Source: Candidatus Latescibacterota bacterium
GTDB lineage: Bacteria > Latescibacterota > UBA2968 > UBA8231
DNA length: 64,000 nucleotides
Reading direction: 5' to 3'
Assembly: GCA_965243025.1 (NCBI GenBank)
Contig: CBDETY010000003.1
Coordinates: forward strand, 5,600,001 to 5,664,000
Part shown: piece after piece, positions 28,628 to 37,010 of the stretch
Layout: the number at the start of each line of letters is the position of its first letter
Numbering within the stretch: position 1 is the stretch's first letter
Translations under genes and position numbers: made by a program
Notes under the pieces: model-generated
What the model was told of the DNA's origin: nothing
The model's database searches: none
Seen by the model: only the letters and a program-made list of their open reading frames with translations

Positions 28628-29230
28628 ATGCCGAGAATACAGGTAATCCCGGTGGAGCGTGCGACCGGCGCCCTCAAGGCCGAGTACGACAAGGCGACCG
28701 GCCGCGCCGGGCGGGTGTGGAACATCGTCAGCGTCATGAGCTGCAATCCCCCGGTCCTGCGGGATGCGATCCGGTTCTACGGCAGCGTGATGCACGGGCC
28801 GTCGCCGCTGACCCGCAGGCAGCGGGAGATGCTCGCCGTCGTCGTCTCCGCCCGCAACCACTGCGTCTACTGAACCCGTTCCCACGCCCACGATCTCCGG
28901 GAAGAGATCGCCGCATCCGGTGACATGAGCGCCGCCGAGGCCGACGCCTTCGTCCACGCGGTCGCGCGCGACTGGCGAAGCGCCCCGCTCGACGGGCAGG
29001 ACCGCGAGCTGTGCGAGTTCGCCGAGCGGCTCACCGGCGATTCGGAGGCCGTGGACGAGGGAGGCATAGACGCCCTGCGCCGCTGCGGCCTCGACGACCG
29101 CGCCATTCACGACGCCACGCAGGTGGTGGCGTTCTTCAACTACATCAACCGCGTCGCCTCCGCCCTCGGGGTGGAGCAGGAGACCTTCGTCCGCGCCTGG
29201 GAGCAGGCGGCCGCGCCCTCCTCCCGGTAG
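28628..29230 (+). CDS. AhpD-like peroxidase-related selenoprotein (UGA 28871-28873 read as Sec, CxxU), 200 aa
   Basis: Two in-frame ORFs joined through TGA give REMLAVVVSARNHCVY-U-TRSH...FFNYINRVASALG; SECIS-like hairpin follows. Confidence 0.85.
28891..28910 (+). promoter_or_regulatory. Putative bacterial SECIS element
   Basis: CGATCTC-CGGGAA-GAGATCG perfect 7-bp stem; loop starts 24 nt after UGA; G in second loop position. Confidence 0.75.
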
Positions 29231-29478
29231 AATTCAAGCATCGCAACAGCGCCGTGAAATCTCTACCTGTCCAGCCAACCGCTGAACCATCGGCTCAGCC
29301 GGTCGAGAAACGGTTCCGGCCGGTTGGAGACAACAGAGTGGCAGGAGTAGTATGAGTTTAACGAGCGATCCCGGCATGGGGTAAGCAGAAGGGTGAGGTG
29401 ATGGACGGAGAGCAGATTTTCAGGTAAGGACGCCTTCAAAAGCGTTGACGGCAGCGCGAAAGATGGCCGGCACGCCGG

Positions 29479-30447
29479 TTACTCCATCTCCAGGGCGGCC
29501 TTGATCCGGCCCCAGGAAACCGACTCGACCGCGGTGCCTTCCGGTTCGGCGTCGGCGGACAGCAGCAGCCCGTCGAGAAAGACATCTGCTTGAATTCTAA
29601 ATACGGCTAAGGTCGCTTCCCATGTCCCGTCAGACATGGCTTCGGGTATCCAGTACAACCTCCCTCCCTCTTCCTCATTATTATCATCCCCGTCAACCAC
29701 TGTAATCCCGAAGCCGATCACTTTTCCCGCCTCCAGATCGCTGACCTCGTTTTTTCCGGCGCTGTCCCTTCCTCCGCCCCAATGGTCGAACGGGGTGACG
29801 TACAGCTCGATCACGCTGATGGTCGGGTTTTCCCCGGCAACGCCACCGCCTCCCTCTCCGTAGGGAGGCAGGGCATTCCAGGCGAACTTTTCTGTCCTCA
29901 CTCTGGTTGAAAAGTCATCCAGAGTCGGGCCGCCTACGGTGCGGGCAATCGCCTCGTAGCTCTGAGTTTGCCCCAGAAGCATCTCCCACTCTTCCACTGT
30001 CGTACTGTTGACAGCGCCTGCACCGCCGCTGTGGTCCCCGTCGATGGCCAGGGAGATACTGTCATATGCCCGCATAGGCCAACCCACGCTGTAGTCGTGG
30101 TTGTTCATGTACAGGTCGTCGCTGCCAATGAAGGCCACATAGAAACGGGCAGGGTCGTCGTGCCAGGCAAGCCAGATGCGGAAGTCCAGGTCGGACGGAT
30201 CGGGGCTCACTCCACCTATGAAATCCAGCAGGGTCATTGCCGGCTCGCCGATCAGGTCATACCACTCGTCCACCGACCCGTCGTCGAGCCGGATCTGTTC
30301 CAGCATCTCGCCGGTGAGTTCCGGAATCGGGTACACGCGGCCGCCGGAATGGGCGTCTGCCCGAGTAGACAGCCAGGCGGAGATGGGGAGCGAGAGGAGC
30401 AGTAAGAGGGTGGTGAACCATTGTTTCCTGACCGAGGTAAGAATCAT
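29479..30447 (-). CDS. Secreted CBM9/DOMON-like protein with TAVESVSWGRIKA tail (paralog A)
   Basis: Signal peptide; DGSVDEW, DLDFRIWLAW, DSISLAIDGDHSGG, VIGFGI; GGAG RBS. Confidence 0.8.
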   Translation of the reverse strand: MILTSVRKQWFTTLLLLLSLPISAWLSTRADAHSGGRVYPIPELTGEMLEQIRLDDGSVDEWYDLIGEPAMTLLDFIGGVSPDPSDLDFRIWLAWHDDPARFYVAFIGSDDLYMNNHDYSVGWPMRAYDSISLAIDGDHSGGAGAVNSTTVEEWEMLLGQTQSYEAIARTVGGPTLDDFSTRVRTEKFAWNALPPYGEGGGGVAGENPTISVIELYVTPFDHWGGGRDSAGKNEVSDLEAGKVIGFGITVVDGDDNNEEEGGRLYWIPEAMSDGTWEATLAVFRIQADVFLDGLLLSADAEPEGTAVESVSWGRIKAALEME

Positions 30448-30610
30448 GAGTCTCCAGCCTTTCTCAACGCTGAACATCGCCAGACCGATCTTCGGCTACT
30501 ATCCAAATTTCCTCTGCAACAGTTATCCAAACCTCCCGCTGAAAAAGGATGACCAAGCTGTCGATGCCCGTCGAAATAAACGGAGGCGTCAGGTATGACC
30601 GAGGCACCGG

Positions 30611-31573
30611 CTACTTCATCTCCAGGGCGGCCTTGATCCGGCCCCAGGAAACCGACTCGACCGCGGTGCCTTCCGGTTCGGCGTCGGCGGACAGCAGCAG
30701 CCCGTCGAGAAAGACATCCGCTCGGATTTTATCTATGGCCCTGTCCGCGTCCTTTCCGTCAGACATGGCTTCTGGTATCCAATACAGGCTCCCCCCGTCC
30801 TCTTCAAAATCCACCTCAACCACCGAAATCCCAAAGCCGATGACCTGCCTCGCGGTCAGATCGCTGGGCAGGATCTCCCCGGGCATGTGAAATCCCTCCC
30901 AGCGGTCGAACGGGGTGACGTACAGCTCGATCACGCTGATGGTCGGGTTTTCCCCGGCGGCGCCGCCGCCCGATTCACCCCAGGGAGGCAGGGCCGTCCA
31001 GGCCAACGCTTCCGTTTGGTGCCTGGTGGCGGAGTCGTCCAGGTTCGGACCGCCGGCGGTGCGCGCAATAGCCTGGTATACCTGTGTTTGCCCCAGAAGC
31101 GTCTCCCACTCTTCCAATGTCGTACTGTTGACAGCGCCCCCACCGCCGCTGTGGTCCCCGTCGATGGCCAACACGATACTGTCATTGGCACCCATATGAT
31201 CTCGGATAGAAGTCCACCAATCCACGCTGTAGTCGTGGGTGTTCTTGTATTGATCGTCGCTGGCAATGAAGGCCACATAGAAACGGGCCGGGTCTTCGTG
31301 CCAGGCAAGCCAGATGCGGAAGTCCAGGTCGGACGGATCGGGGTTCAGGACCCCTCCCCCTTTGAAATCCAGCAAAGTCATGGCCGGCTCGCCGATCAGG
31401 TCATACCACTCGTCCACCGACCCGTCGTCGAGACGGATCTGTTCCAGCATCTCGCCGGTGAGTTCCGGAATCGGGTACACGCGGCCGCCGGAATGGGCGT
31501 TGGCCGAGATGGGGAGCGAAAGGAGCAGCAAGAGGGTGGTGTACCATTGTTTCCGAACCAATGTAGGAGTCAT
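30611..31573 (-). CDS. Secreted CBM9/DOMON-like protein with TAVESVSWGRIKA tail (paralog B)
   Basis: Same architecture and identical AGGCTGGAGACTC-ATG leader as paralog A. Confidence 0.8.
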   Translation of the reverse strand: MTPTLVRKQWYTTLLLLLSLPISANAHSGGRVYPIPELTGEMLEQIRLDDGSVDEWYDLIGEPAMTLLDFKGGGVLNPDPSDLDFRIWLAWHEDPARFYVAFIASDDQYKNTHDYSVDWWTSIRDHMGANDSIVLAIDGDHSGGGGAVNSTTLEEWETLLGQTQVYQAIARTAGGPNLDDSATRHQTEALAWTALPPWGESGGGAAGENPTISVIELYVTPFDRWEGFHMPGEILPSDLTARQVIGFGISVVEVDFEEDGGSLYWIPEAMSDGKDADRAIDKIRADVFLDGLLLSADAEPEGTAVESVSWGRIKAALEMK

Positions 31574-31789
31574 GAGTCTCCAGCCTTAGGAAAAAAAACG
31601 GACGAGCGCCCGCCCCGGGCGTGAAAGGGTGTGGTTCACCCAAAGGAGACGCAAAAGGCATGCCTGTACATGGGCGGGGCTCAATCAGTTTGTGCCTGTT
31701 GTGCGTAACCTGTTGTTTATCATTGGGGTTATTTAAATTTCATTTTTCTCGCCTTCGTCCTTGTCGCCATCGGCTCCCCCTTGGTCTCG

Positions 31790-31846
31790 CCGTATATGAT
31801 ACGGTTTTCCGTATATGATACGGTTTGCCGTATATGTTACGGTTTC
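31790..31846. repeat. 3x19-bp tandem repeat, each unit palindromic (CCGTAT-ATG-ATACGG)
   Basis: Units start at 31790, 31809, 31828. Confidence 0.92.
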
Positions 31847-32113
31847 GCAGATGGGCCGCGGCCCTCCAGCCGTTCCTGCTTCAAGCCGGCTTCCCACGAC
31901 AGCGGCCTTTCCGTGCACGGCGGAAAGGGTGCCGGAGGAGGGCGGGCGGTTTGCTCCCCGCTTTCTCTACACTATATCAATGATGGCTAGACGAGTTAAT
32001 GATGGTTTAACGAGTGGCTCGACGAGCGATTCCGGCATGGGTCGGGGCTGGGAGGAATAGCGCACTTTTTCAATTTTATTCGCCGAGTCAGGCTCGCAAG
32101 GAGAAAGGAACGC

Positions 32114-32863
32114 ATGAGTTGGTCGGAAGAGGAGCTCCGGTCTTACCGGGACCGCGGCTACGCCCTGCGCCGCGGCCTGCTGTCTCCTGCCGAGGTGGAA
32201 AATCTGCAGGAAGCCATGCCGCAGCTGCTCGAAGGCGACGGCGACGGCATGCACCGCGAGCGGGAGCGCGGCGGAGCGGTGCGGCAGGTCTACCTCGCCC
32301 ACCGGTTCGTCGGCGCCTTCGCCGGGGTCGTCCGCCACCCCGCGATTCTCGAACCCGTGATGCAGATCGTCGGCGGGGACGTGTACGTCTGGCACAGCAA
32401 GCTCAACGTCAAGGAAGCCTTCGAGGGCACCGTGTGGCTGTGGCACCAGGACTACGGCTACTGGATGTGGGACGGCGTCGGCCCGCGGCTGGTCTCGGCG
32501 ATGGTCATCCTCGACAGGGCTACGGCGAACAACGGCTGCATGATGGTGGTCGCCGGCTCCCACAAGTGGGGCCGCCAGGAGCATTTCGCCGACGAGGAGA
32601 CGACGAGCTACAGGCAGTGGTGCATCGACACCGGCACCCTCAGGGAGCGGCTGCGCGAGGAGCAGATCGAGCAGATCACCGGCGAACCGGGTGACGTGCT
32701 GTTCTTCGACTGCAACCTCGTGCACGGCTCCGGGCACAACATGTCCCCCCTTCCGCGCAAGGTGTTCATAACCGCCTACAACTCCGTCGACAACAGGCCG
32801 CGGCCGGTGGAGAACCCGCGCCCCGACTGGGTGGTGTCGCGCCAGTTCGACCCGGTGAGATAG
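32114..32863 (+). CDS. PhyH family dioxygenase (ectoine/proline hydroxylase-like)
   Basis: HSKLNVK, WHQDYGYW, VHGSGHNMS. Confidence 0.9.
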   Translation: MSWSEEELRSYRDRGYALRRGLLSPAEVENLQEAMPQLLEGDGDGMHRERERGGAVRQVYLAHRFVGAFAGVVRHPAILEPVMQIVGGDVYVWHSKLNVKEAFEGTVWLWHQDYGYWMWDGVGPRLVSAMVILDRATANNGCMMVVAGSHKWGRQEHFADEETTSYRQWCIDTGTLRERLREEQIEQITGEPGDVLFFDCNLVHGSGHNMSPLPRKVFITAYNSVDNRPRPVENPRPDWVVSRQFDPVR

Positions 32864-32984
32864 CGCCGGCTCTCGTGAACGGCCGGCGGTCCTTCTTCGA
32901 AGCGCGGCAGCCCGGGGCCGGAGGGAGCCCCCGGAACCCCGTCGGCGACAGCGGCGGTTCTGTTGAGAAAAGCGAGAGACTGAA

Positions 32985-34067
32985 ATGACCGCCTCGGGTG
33001 ACAGGTCCGGGCTCGCTTCGTTCGACGTGGTGCGGCTCAACTCCGAGCTGTTCCCGGTCGGCGGCCTCGAGGCCGATCTCTACGAGCGCTTCGGGCTGCG
33101 GCCCCGGGAAGCCGAGGCCAACACCCCCGGGACGATCATTCCGCACGTGGCCGAATGCGACGCCCTGTTCGCCGTGTCGGTCGCACTGCCCCGCGAGGTG
33201 ATCGACAGCCTGCGCAACTGCCGGCTGATATCGCGCCTCGGCACCGGCACCGACAAGATCGACGTCGCCCGCGCCACGGAGCGCGGCATCGTCGTCTCCA
33301 ACGTCCCGGAGTTCGGGGTCGAGGACATGGCCGACCACACCATGGGGATGATCCTGTCGCTGCAGCGGCGCCTGCCCTGGATGCACCGCCGCATGCTGCG
33401 GGGGGAGTTTTTCGCCGCCCGCAGCGAGACCCTGGAAATCCGTCGGCCCGGGGAGTGCGCGCTCGGCCTGGTCGGGTTCGGGGCCAGCGCCAGGGCGGTG
33501 GCGGCGCGGGCGCTGCCGTTCGGGTTCCGCCTGCTGGCGACGCGCCGGAACATGCGGGCGCCGACGGCCGAGGCCGAGCGGCTGCGGGTGCGCATGGTCG
33601 ATCTGCCGACGCTGCTGCGGGAGTCGGATTACGTGTCGCTCCATCTGCCGCTCGATTCCGGCTCCTATCACCTCCTCGACAAGGAAGCCATCGCCCTGAT
33701 GAAGCCGGGGGCCTTCTTGGTCAACACCTCGCGGGGGGCGATCGTCGACGAGCCGGCGCTCGCTGATGCACTCCGGGAGGGCCGCCTCGCCGGCGCCGGG
33801 ATCGACACCTTCGAAGGGGTGGAGATTTTCACCCAGGACGAGCGCCCCCCCGAACACCCGCTGGTCGGGCTCGAAAACGTCATCCTGAGCCCGCACGTCT
33901 CCGGTCTGTCGCGGGCGGCGACGCGCACCTGCGCCGACGCCGGAGTGCGCAATCTCGTCTGCGCGCTGAGGGGGTGTCTTCCCCCTCCGGGCAACATCGT
34001 CAACCCATCGGTGGTTCCCCGGGTGCCGCTGGCCCCGCACGATCCGGCTCTGTTCGACGATCCGTAA
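32985..34067 (+). CDS. D-isomer-specific 2-hydroxyacid dehydrogenase
   Basis: GTGTDKID, SLHLPL, VNTSRG, SPHVSG. Confidence 0.9.
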   Translation: MTASGDRSGLASFDVVRLNSELFPVGGLEADLYERFGLRPREAEANTPGTIIPHVAECDALFAVSVALPREVIDSLRNCRLISRLGTGTDKIDVARATERGIVVSNVPEFGVEDMADHTMGMILSLQRRLPWMHRRMLRGEFFAARSETLEIRRPGECALGLVGFGASARAVAARALPFGFRLLATRRNMRAPTAEAERLRVRMVDLPTLLRESDYVSLHLPLDSGSYHLLDKEAIALMKPGAFLVNTSRGAIVDEPALADALREGRLAGAGIDTFEGVEIFTQDERPPEHPLVGLENVILSPHVSGLSRAATRTCADAGVRNLVCALRGCLPPPGNIVNPSVVPRVPLAPHDPALFDDP

Positions 34068-34359
34068 TGCGTCCGGGGCAGGAGGAAGGCAGGAGGACCC
34101 TGCCTGCTGCCGCGGGCGAATGGGCTGGTGACTCTGATTCACCAACCCCAACGAAAAAGCGGATGCCCTGAGAGATATAAAGGGCACCCGCTACCGATTG
34201 CTGTCTCTGCTATTCCCCTGATTTGTTCAGCCAATGAAAACCCTGTCAACTCGTCCGTTCTGGTTCCACGGCATCCTCCATCTCCTCGAATCGCCAGAGG
34301 AAAGCAAGGATTATTAGCAATTTGCTTTATTTTGCGCAGGCCTTTTGTTTCATTTCCGT

Positions 34360-34632
34360 ATGGAACAGGCTGGGTACGAACTGACGATAAAAAAGCAAGC
34401 CATTAAAAGGTTGCAGAAAATGCCCCGTCAGAACGCCCAACGCATCCGCCGGGAATTGGATAAGCTGGCCGAAAATCCTGATCGCCCAGACCTCGATGTG
34501 TCTCCGTTGAGAGGCCGTCCCGGTTTCCGTCTGCGCGTCGGCGACGTGCGGATCATTTTTGAGCGGGACGACGAATCCCGCCTCATCGACGTACTGCGCA
34601 TCGCCCCGCGCGGCCAGATTTACCATAGGTAG
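34360..34632 (+). CDS. Type II TA toxin, RelE/ParE family
   Basis: LRGRPGFRLRVGDVRIIF...IAPRGQIY. Confidence 0.9.
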   Translation: MEQAGYELTIKKQAIKRLQKMPRQNAQRIRRELDKLAENPDRPDLDVSPLRGRPGFRLRVGDVRIIFERDDESRLIDVLRIAPRGQIYHR

Positions 34633-34643
34633 GAGACCGACCC

Positions 34644-35012
34644 ATGGACGAGCCACAGGTCATTTTTGACCCCTCCGGACGGCCCGCATTCGCCGTGATC
34701 CCCTGGGACCAGTATGCACGTCTGCAAAACGACGAGGAAACACTCTTGAGCGCCGAAGAGCTGTATGACCTCGCCAAGGCAGAGGGGGGCGAGTCCTTCC
34801 CGATCGAGGTGGCGGACCGTCTGATAACGGGGGAAAATCCGGTCAAAGTGTACCGGAACTATCGAGGCATTACCCAAAAGGAGCTGGCCTCTGCGGCCAA
34901 CATCCATTCAGTGTACTTATCCCAGATCGAAACCGGGAAGAGAATCGGGTCGGCCAGGACGCTGGCGGCCCTCGCTCGTGCGCTCCACGTCACCGTGGAC
35001 GATCTGATCTAA
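34644..35012 (+). CDS. XRE-family HTH antitoxin
   Basis: AGGAG RBS; GENPVKVYR, YLSQIETGK, VTVDDLI as in the 11662 paralog. Confidence 0.88.
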   Translation: MDEPQVIFDPSGRPAFAVIPWDQYARLQNDEETLLSAEELYDLAKAEGGESFPIEVADRLITGENPVKVYRNYRGITQKELASAANIHSVYLSQIETGKRIGSARTLAALARALHVTVDDLI

Positions 35013-35185
35013 GTCGTTGCCCCCACCCCTGTCAGTACCCCGCTGGAACGTGTGACAGTCGAGCCGGGCCTGATCGCCGAAAACCACCACGTCGTTTATT
35101 TTGGTCCCCATTGTGTAGAATTTGAAGACAAGGGGGCCTGAGACGGGTTGCTCTTATAACTTTTTTGGTCCAGTGTGAGGCTGGG

Positions 35186-36004
35186 ATGAGCGATAAAGCA
35201 GGATTGCTGTTCGATCTCGAGGGAAAGGTGGCCGCCGTTTCAGGCGGAGCCCGGGGGTTGGGACGGGCCATGGCCCTCGCCCTGGCCGGCGCCGGCGCCG
35301 ACGTCGTGATCGCCGACATCGACGCCGGGGCGGCTGACGAAACGGCCGCGGAAATCGAAAGCATGGGCAGGCGCGCCGCCGCGGTCGCATGCGACATCTC
35401 CAGCCCGGACCAGATCGACGCCTGGTTCGAGCGGATCGACGGCTTGGGCCCGATAGACTTTCTCGGCAACGTCGCTGGCGGCGGGGTGCTCAAGGCCCCG
35501 GAGGAGCTTTCGCTCGAAGAGGTCAGGAAGGTGCTCGACGAGCTGGTCGCCTGCCGCTTCTACTGCTGCCAGCAGGCGGGGCGGCGCATGCTGGCGGCCG
35601 GCAGGGGGAGCATCGTAAACATCGGCTCGCTGGCGAGCGTCACGGCGCTGGGACGCGGGCACATCTCCTACAGCATGGCGATGGGAGGAGTGGCGCAGAT
35701 GACGAGGGAGCTGAGCACGGAATGGGCGGCGCGCGGGGTGCGGGTCAACGCCATCCTGCCGGCGCAGGTGCTCAACCCCGGGCTCGAGGAGCGCATGGAG
35801 AAGGTGCCGGAGCTGAAGTCCACCTACCTCGGCGGCATCCCGAGGGCCCGCTTCGGGCACCCCGACGACATCCGCGGGCTGGCGGTGTTCCTCGCCTCCG
35901 ACTCCTCCTCGTGGGTCACCGGGGCGCTGATCCCGATGGACGGGGGCAACCTGGCGATGAACGCCGGCGGCAGCTGGCCCGGCGGTCCGCGGGCGAGCGG
36001 ATAA
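35186..36004 (+). CDS. SDR family oxidoreductase with atypical YxxxM motif
   Basis: SGGARGLG, NIGS, YSMAM, VRVNAILP, MDGG. Confidence 0.88.
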   Translation: MSDKAGLLFDLEGKVAAVSGGARGLGRAMALALAGAGADVVIADIDAGAADETAAEIESMGRRAAAVACDISSPDQIDAWFERIDGLGPIDFLGNVAGGGVLKAPEELSLEEVRKVLDELVACRFYCCQQAGRRMLAAGRGSIVNIGSLASVTALGRGHISYSMAMGGVAQMTRELSTEWAARGVRVNAILPAQVLNPGLEERMEKVPELKSTYLGGIPRARFGHPDDIRGLAVFLASDSSSWVTGALIPMDGGNLAMNAGGSWPGGPRASG

Positions 36005-36032
36005 AACTGCGGCGCAACTGGACAACAGGCCC

Positions 36033-37010
36033 TTGAAACTTTCCAAAGAAACAGCGCTGGGGCTCTACCGGCAGATGCTGGCGATCCGCCGCACCGAGGA
36101 GCAGCACGCGCGCTCCTACGCAGCCGGCCACATCCTCGGCGCCTGCCACACCTACATCGGCGAGGAGGCGGTGGCCTCCGGCGTCTGCGCCCACCTGCGG
36201 GCCGACGACGCCGTCTTCAGCACCCACCGCGGGCACGGACACGCCCTGGCCAAGGGCGTGCCGATCCGCGAGGTGATCGCCGAGCTGTTCGGCAAGGTCA
36301 CCGGCTGTTCCCAGGGCCGCGGCGGCAGCATGCACCTGTTCTCCCCCGAGGTCGGCATGATGGGGACGAGCGGCATCGTCGGCCCCTGCATCCTGCAGGC
36401 CGCCGGCGCCGCCTACTCCTTCAAGCTGCTGGGAACCGACCGCGTCGGCGCCGCCTTCTTCGGGGACGGGGCGGTAAGCAACGGGGCCTTTCACGAGGGG
36501 CTGACGATGGCGGCAAGGTGGGAGTTGCCGGCCCTGTTCGTGTGCGAGAACAACCTTTTCGCCACCGAGATCGCCTTCTCTACGGCGACGAGCAACCCCG
36601 AGGTCGCCAACCGGGCCGCCGCCTACGGGCTGCCCGGGGTCCTCCTCGACGGCAACGACGCCGTAGCGGTGTACGAAGCGGCCGGGGAAGCGGTGGCCCG
36701 GGCCCGCAGCGGCGGCGGACCCACCCTGATCGAGTGCAGGACCTACCGCACCCGGCCCCACTCCGAAGGCATGAGGGATACCGGCTACCGCACCCAGGAA
36801 GAGATCGAGGCCTGGAAGGAGCGCGACCCGATCCCGGCGCTGCGCGCCAGGATCCTGGAGGCCGACCTCGCCTCCGGAGCGGAGCTCGACGCCATCGACG
36901 CCGGCATCCGGGCGGAGGTGAAGGAGGCGGCGAAGTTCGCCGAAGACTCGGCCTGGCCCGACCCGGCCACCATCTACGAACACGTCTACAGCGGACCTCG
37001 CGATGCGTGA
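36033..37010 (+). CDS. TPP-dependent 2-oxoacid/acetoin dehydrogenase E1 alpha
   Basis: STHRGHGH, GRGGSMH, GDGA...ENN. Confidence 0.93.
   Translation: MKLSKETALGLYRQMLAIRRTEEQHARSYAAGHILGACHTYIGEEAVASGVCAHLRADDAVFSTHRGHGHALAKGVPIREVIAELFGKVTGCSQGRGGSMHLFSPEVGMMGTSGIVGPCILQAAGAAYSFKLLGTDRVGAAFFGDGAVSNGAFHEGLTMAARWELPALFVCENNLFATEIAFSTATSNPEVANRAAAYGLPGVLLDGNDAVAVYEAAGEAVARARSGGGPTLIECRTYRTRPHSEGMRDTGYRTQEEIEAWKERDPIPALRARILEADLASGAELDAIDAGIRAEVKEAAKFAEDSAWPDPATIYEHVYSGPRDA

Larger units (their letters stand above)
29361..32041. repeat. 20-bp direct repeat flanking the secreted-paralog cassette
   Basis: ACGAGCGATCCCGGCATGGG (29361-29380) vs ACGAGCGATTCCGGCATGGG (32022-32041), each with GTTTAACGAG adjacent or just upstream. 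Confidence 0.65.

Noticed and set aside
29479-31573. Diversity-generating retroelement (TR/VR pair)
   Set aside because: Differences include indels and all four bases rather than adenine-only changes, both copies are full genes, and no reverse transcriptase is in the window.
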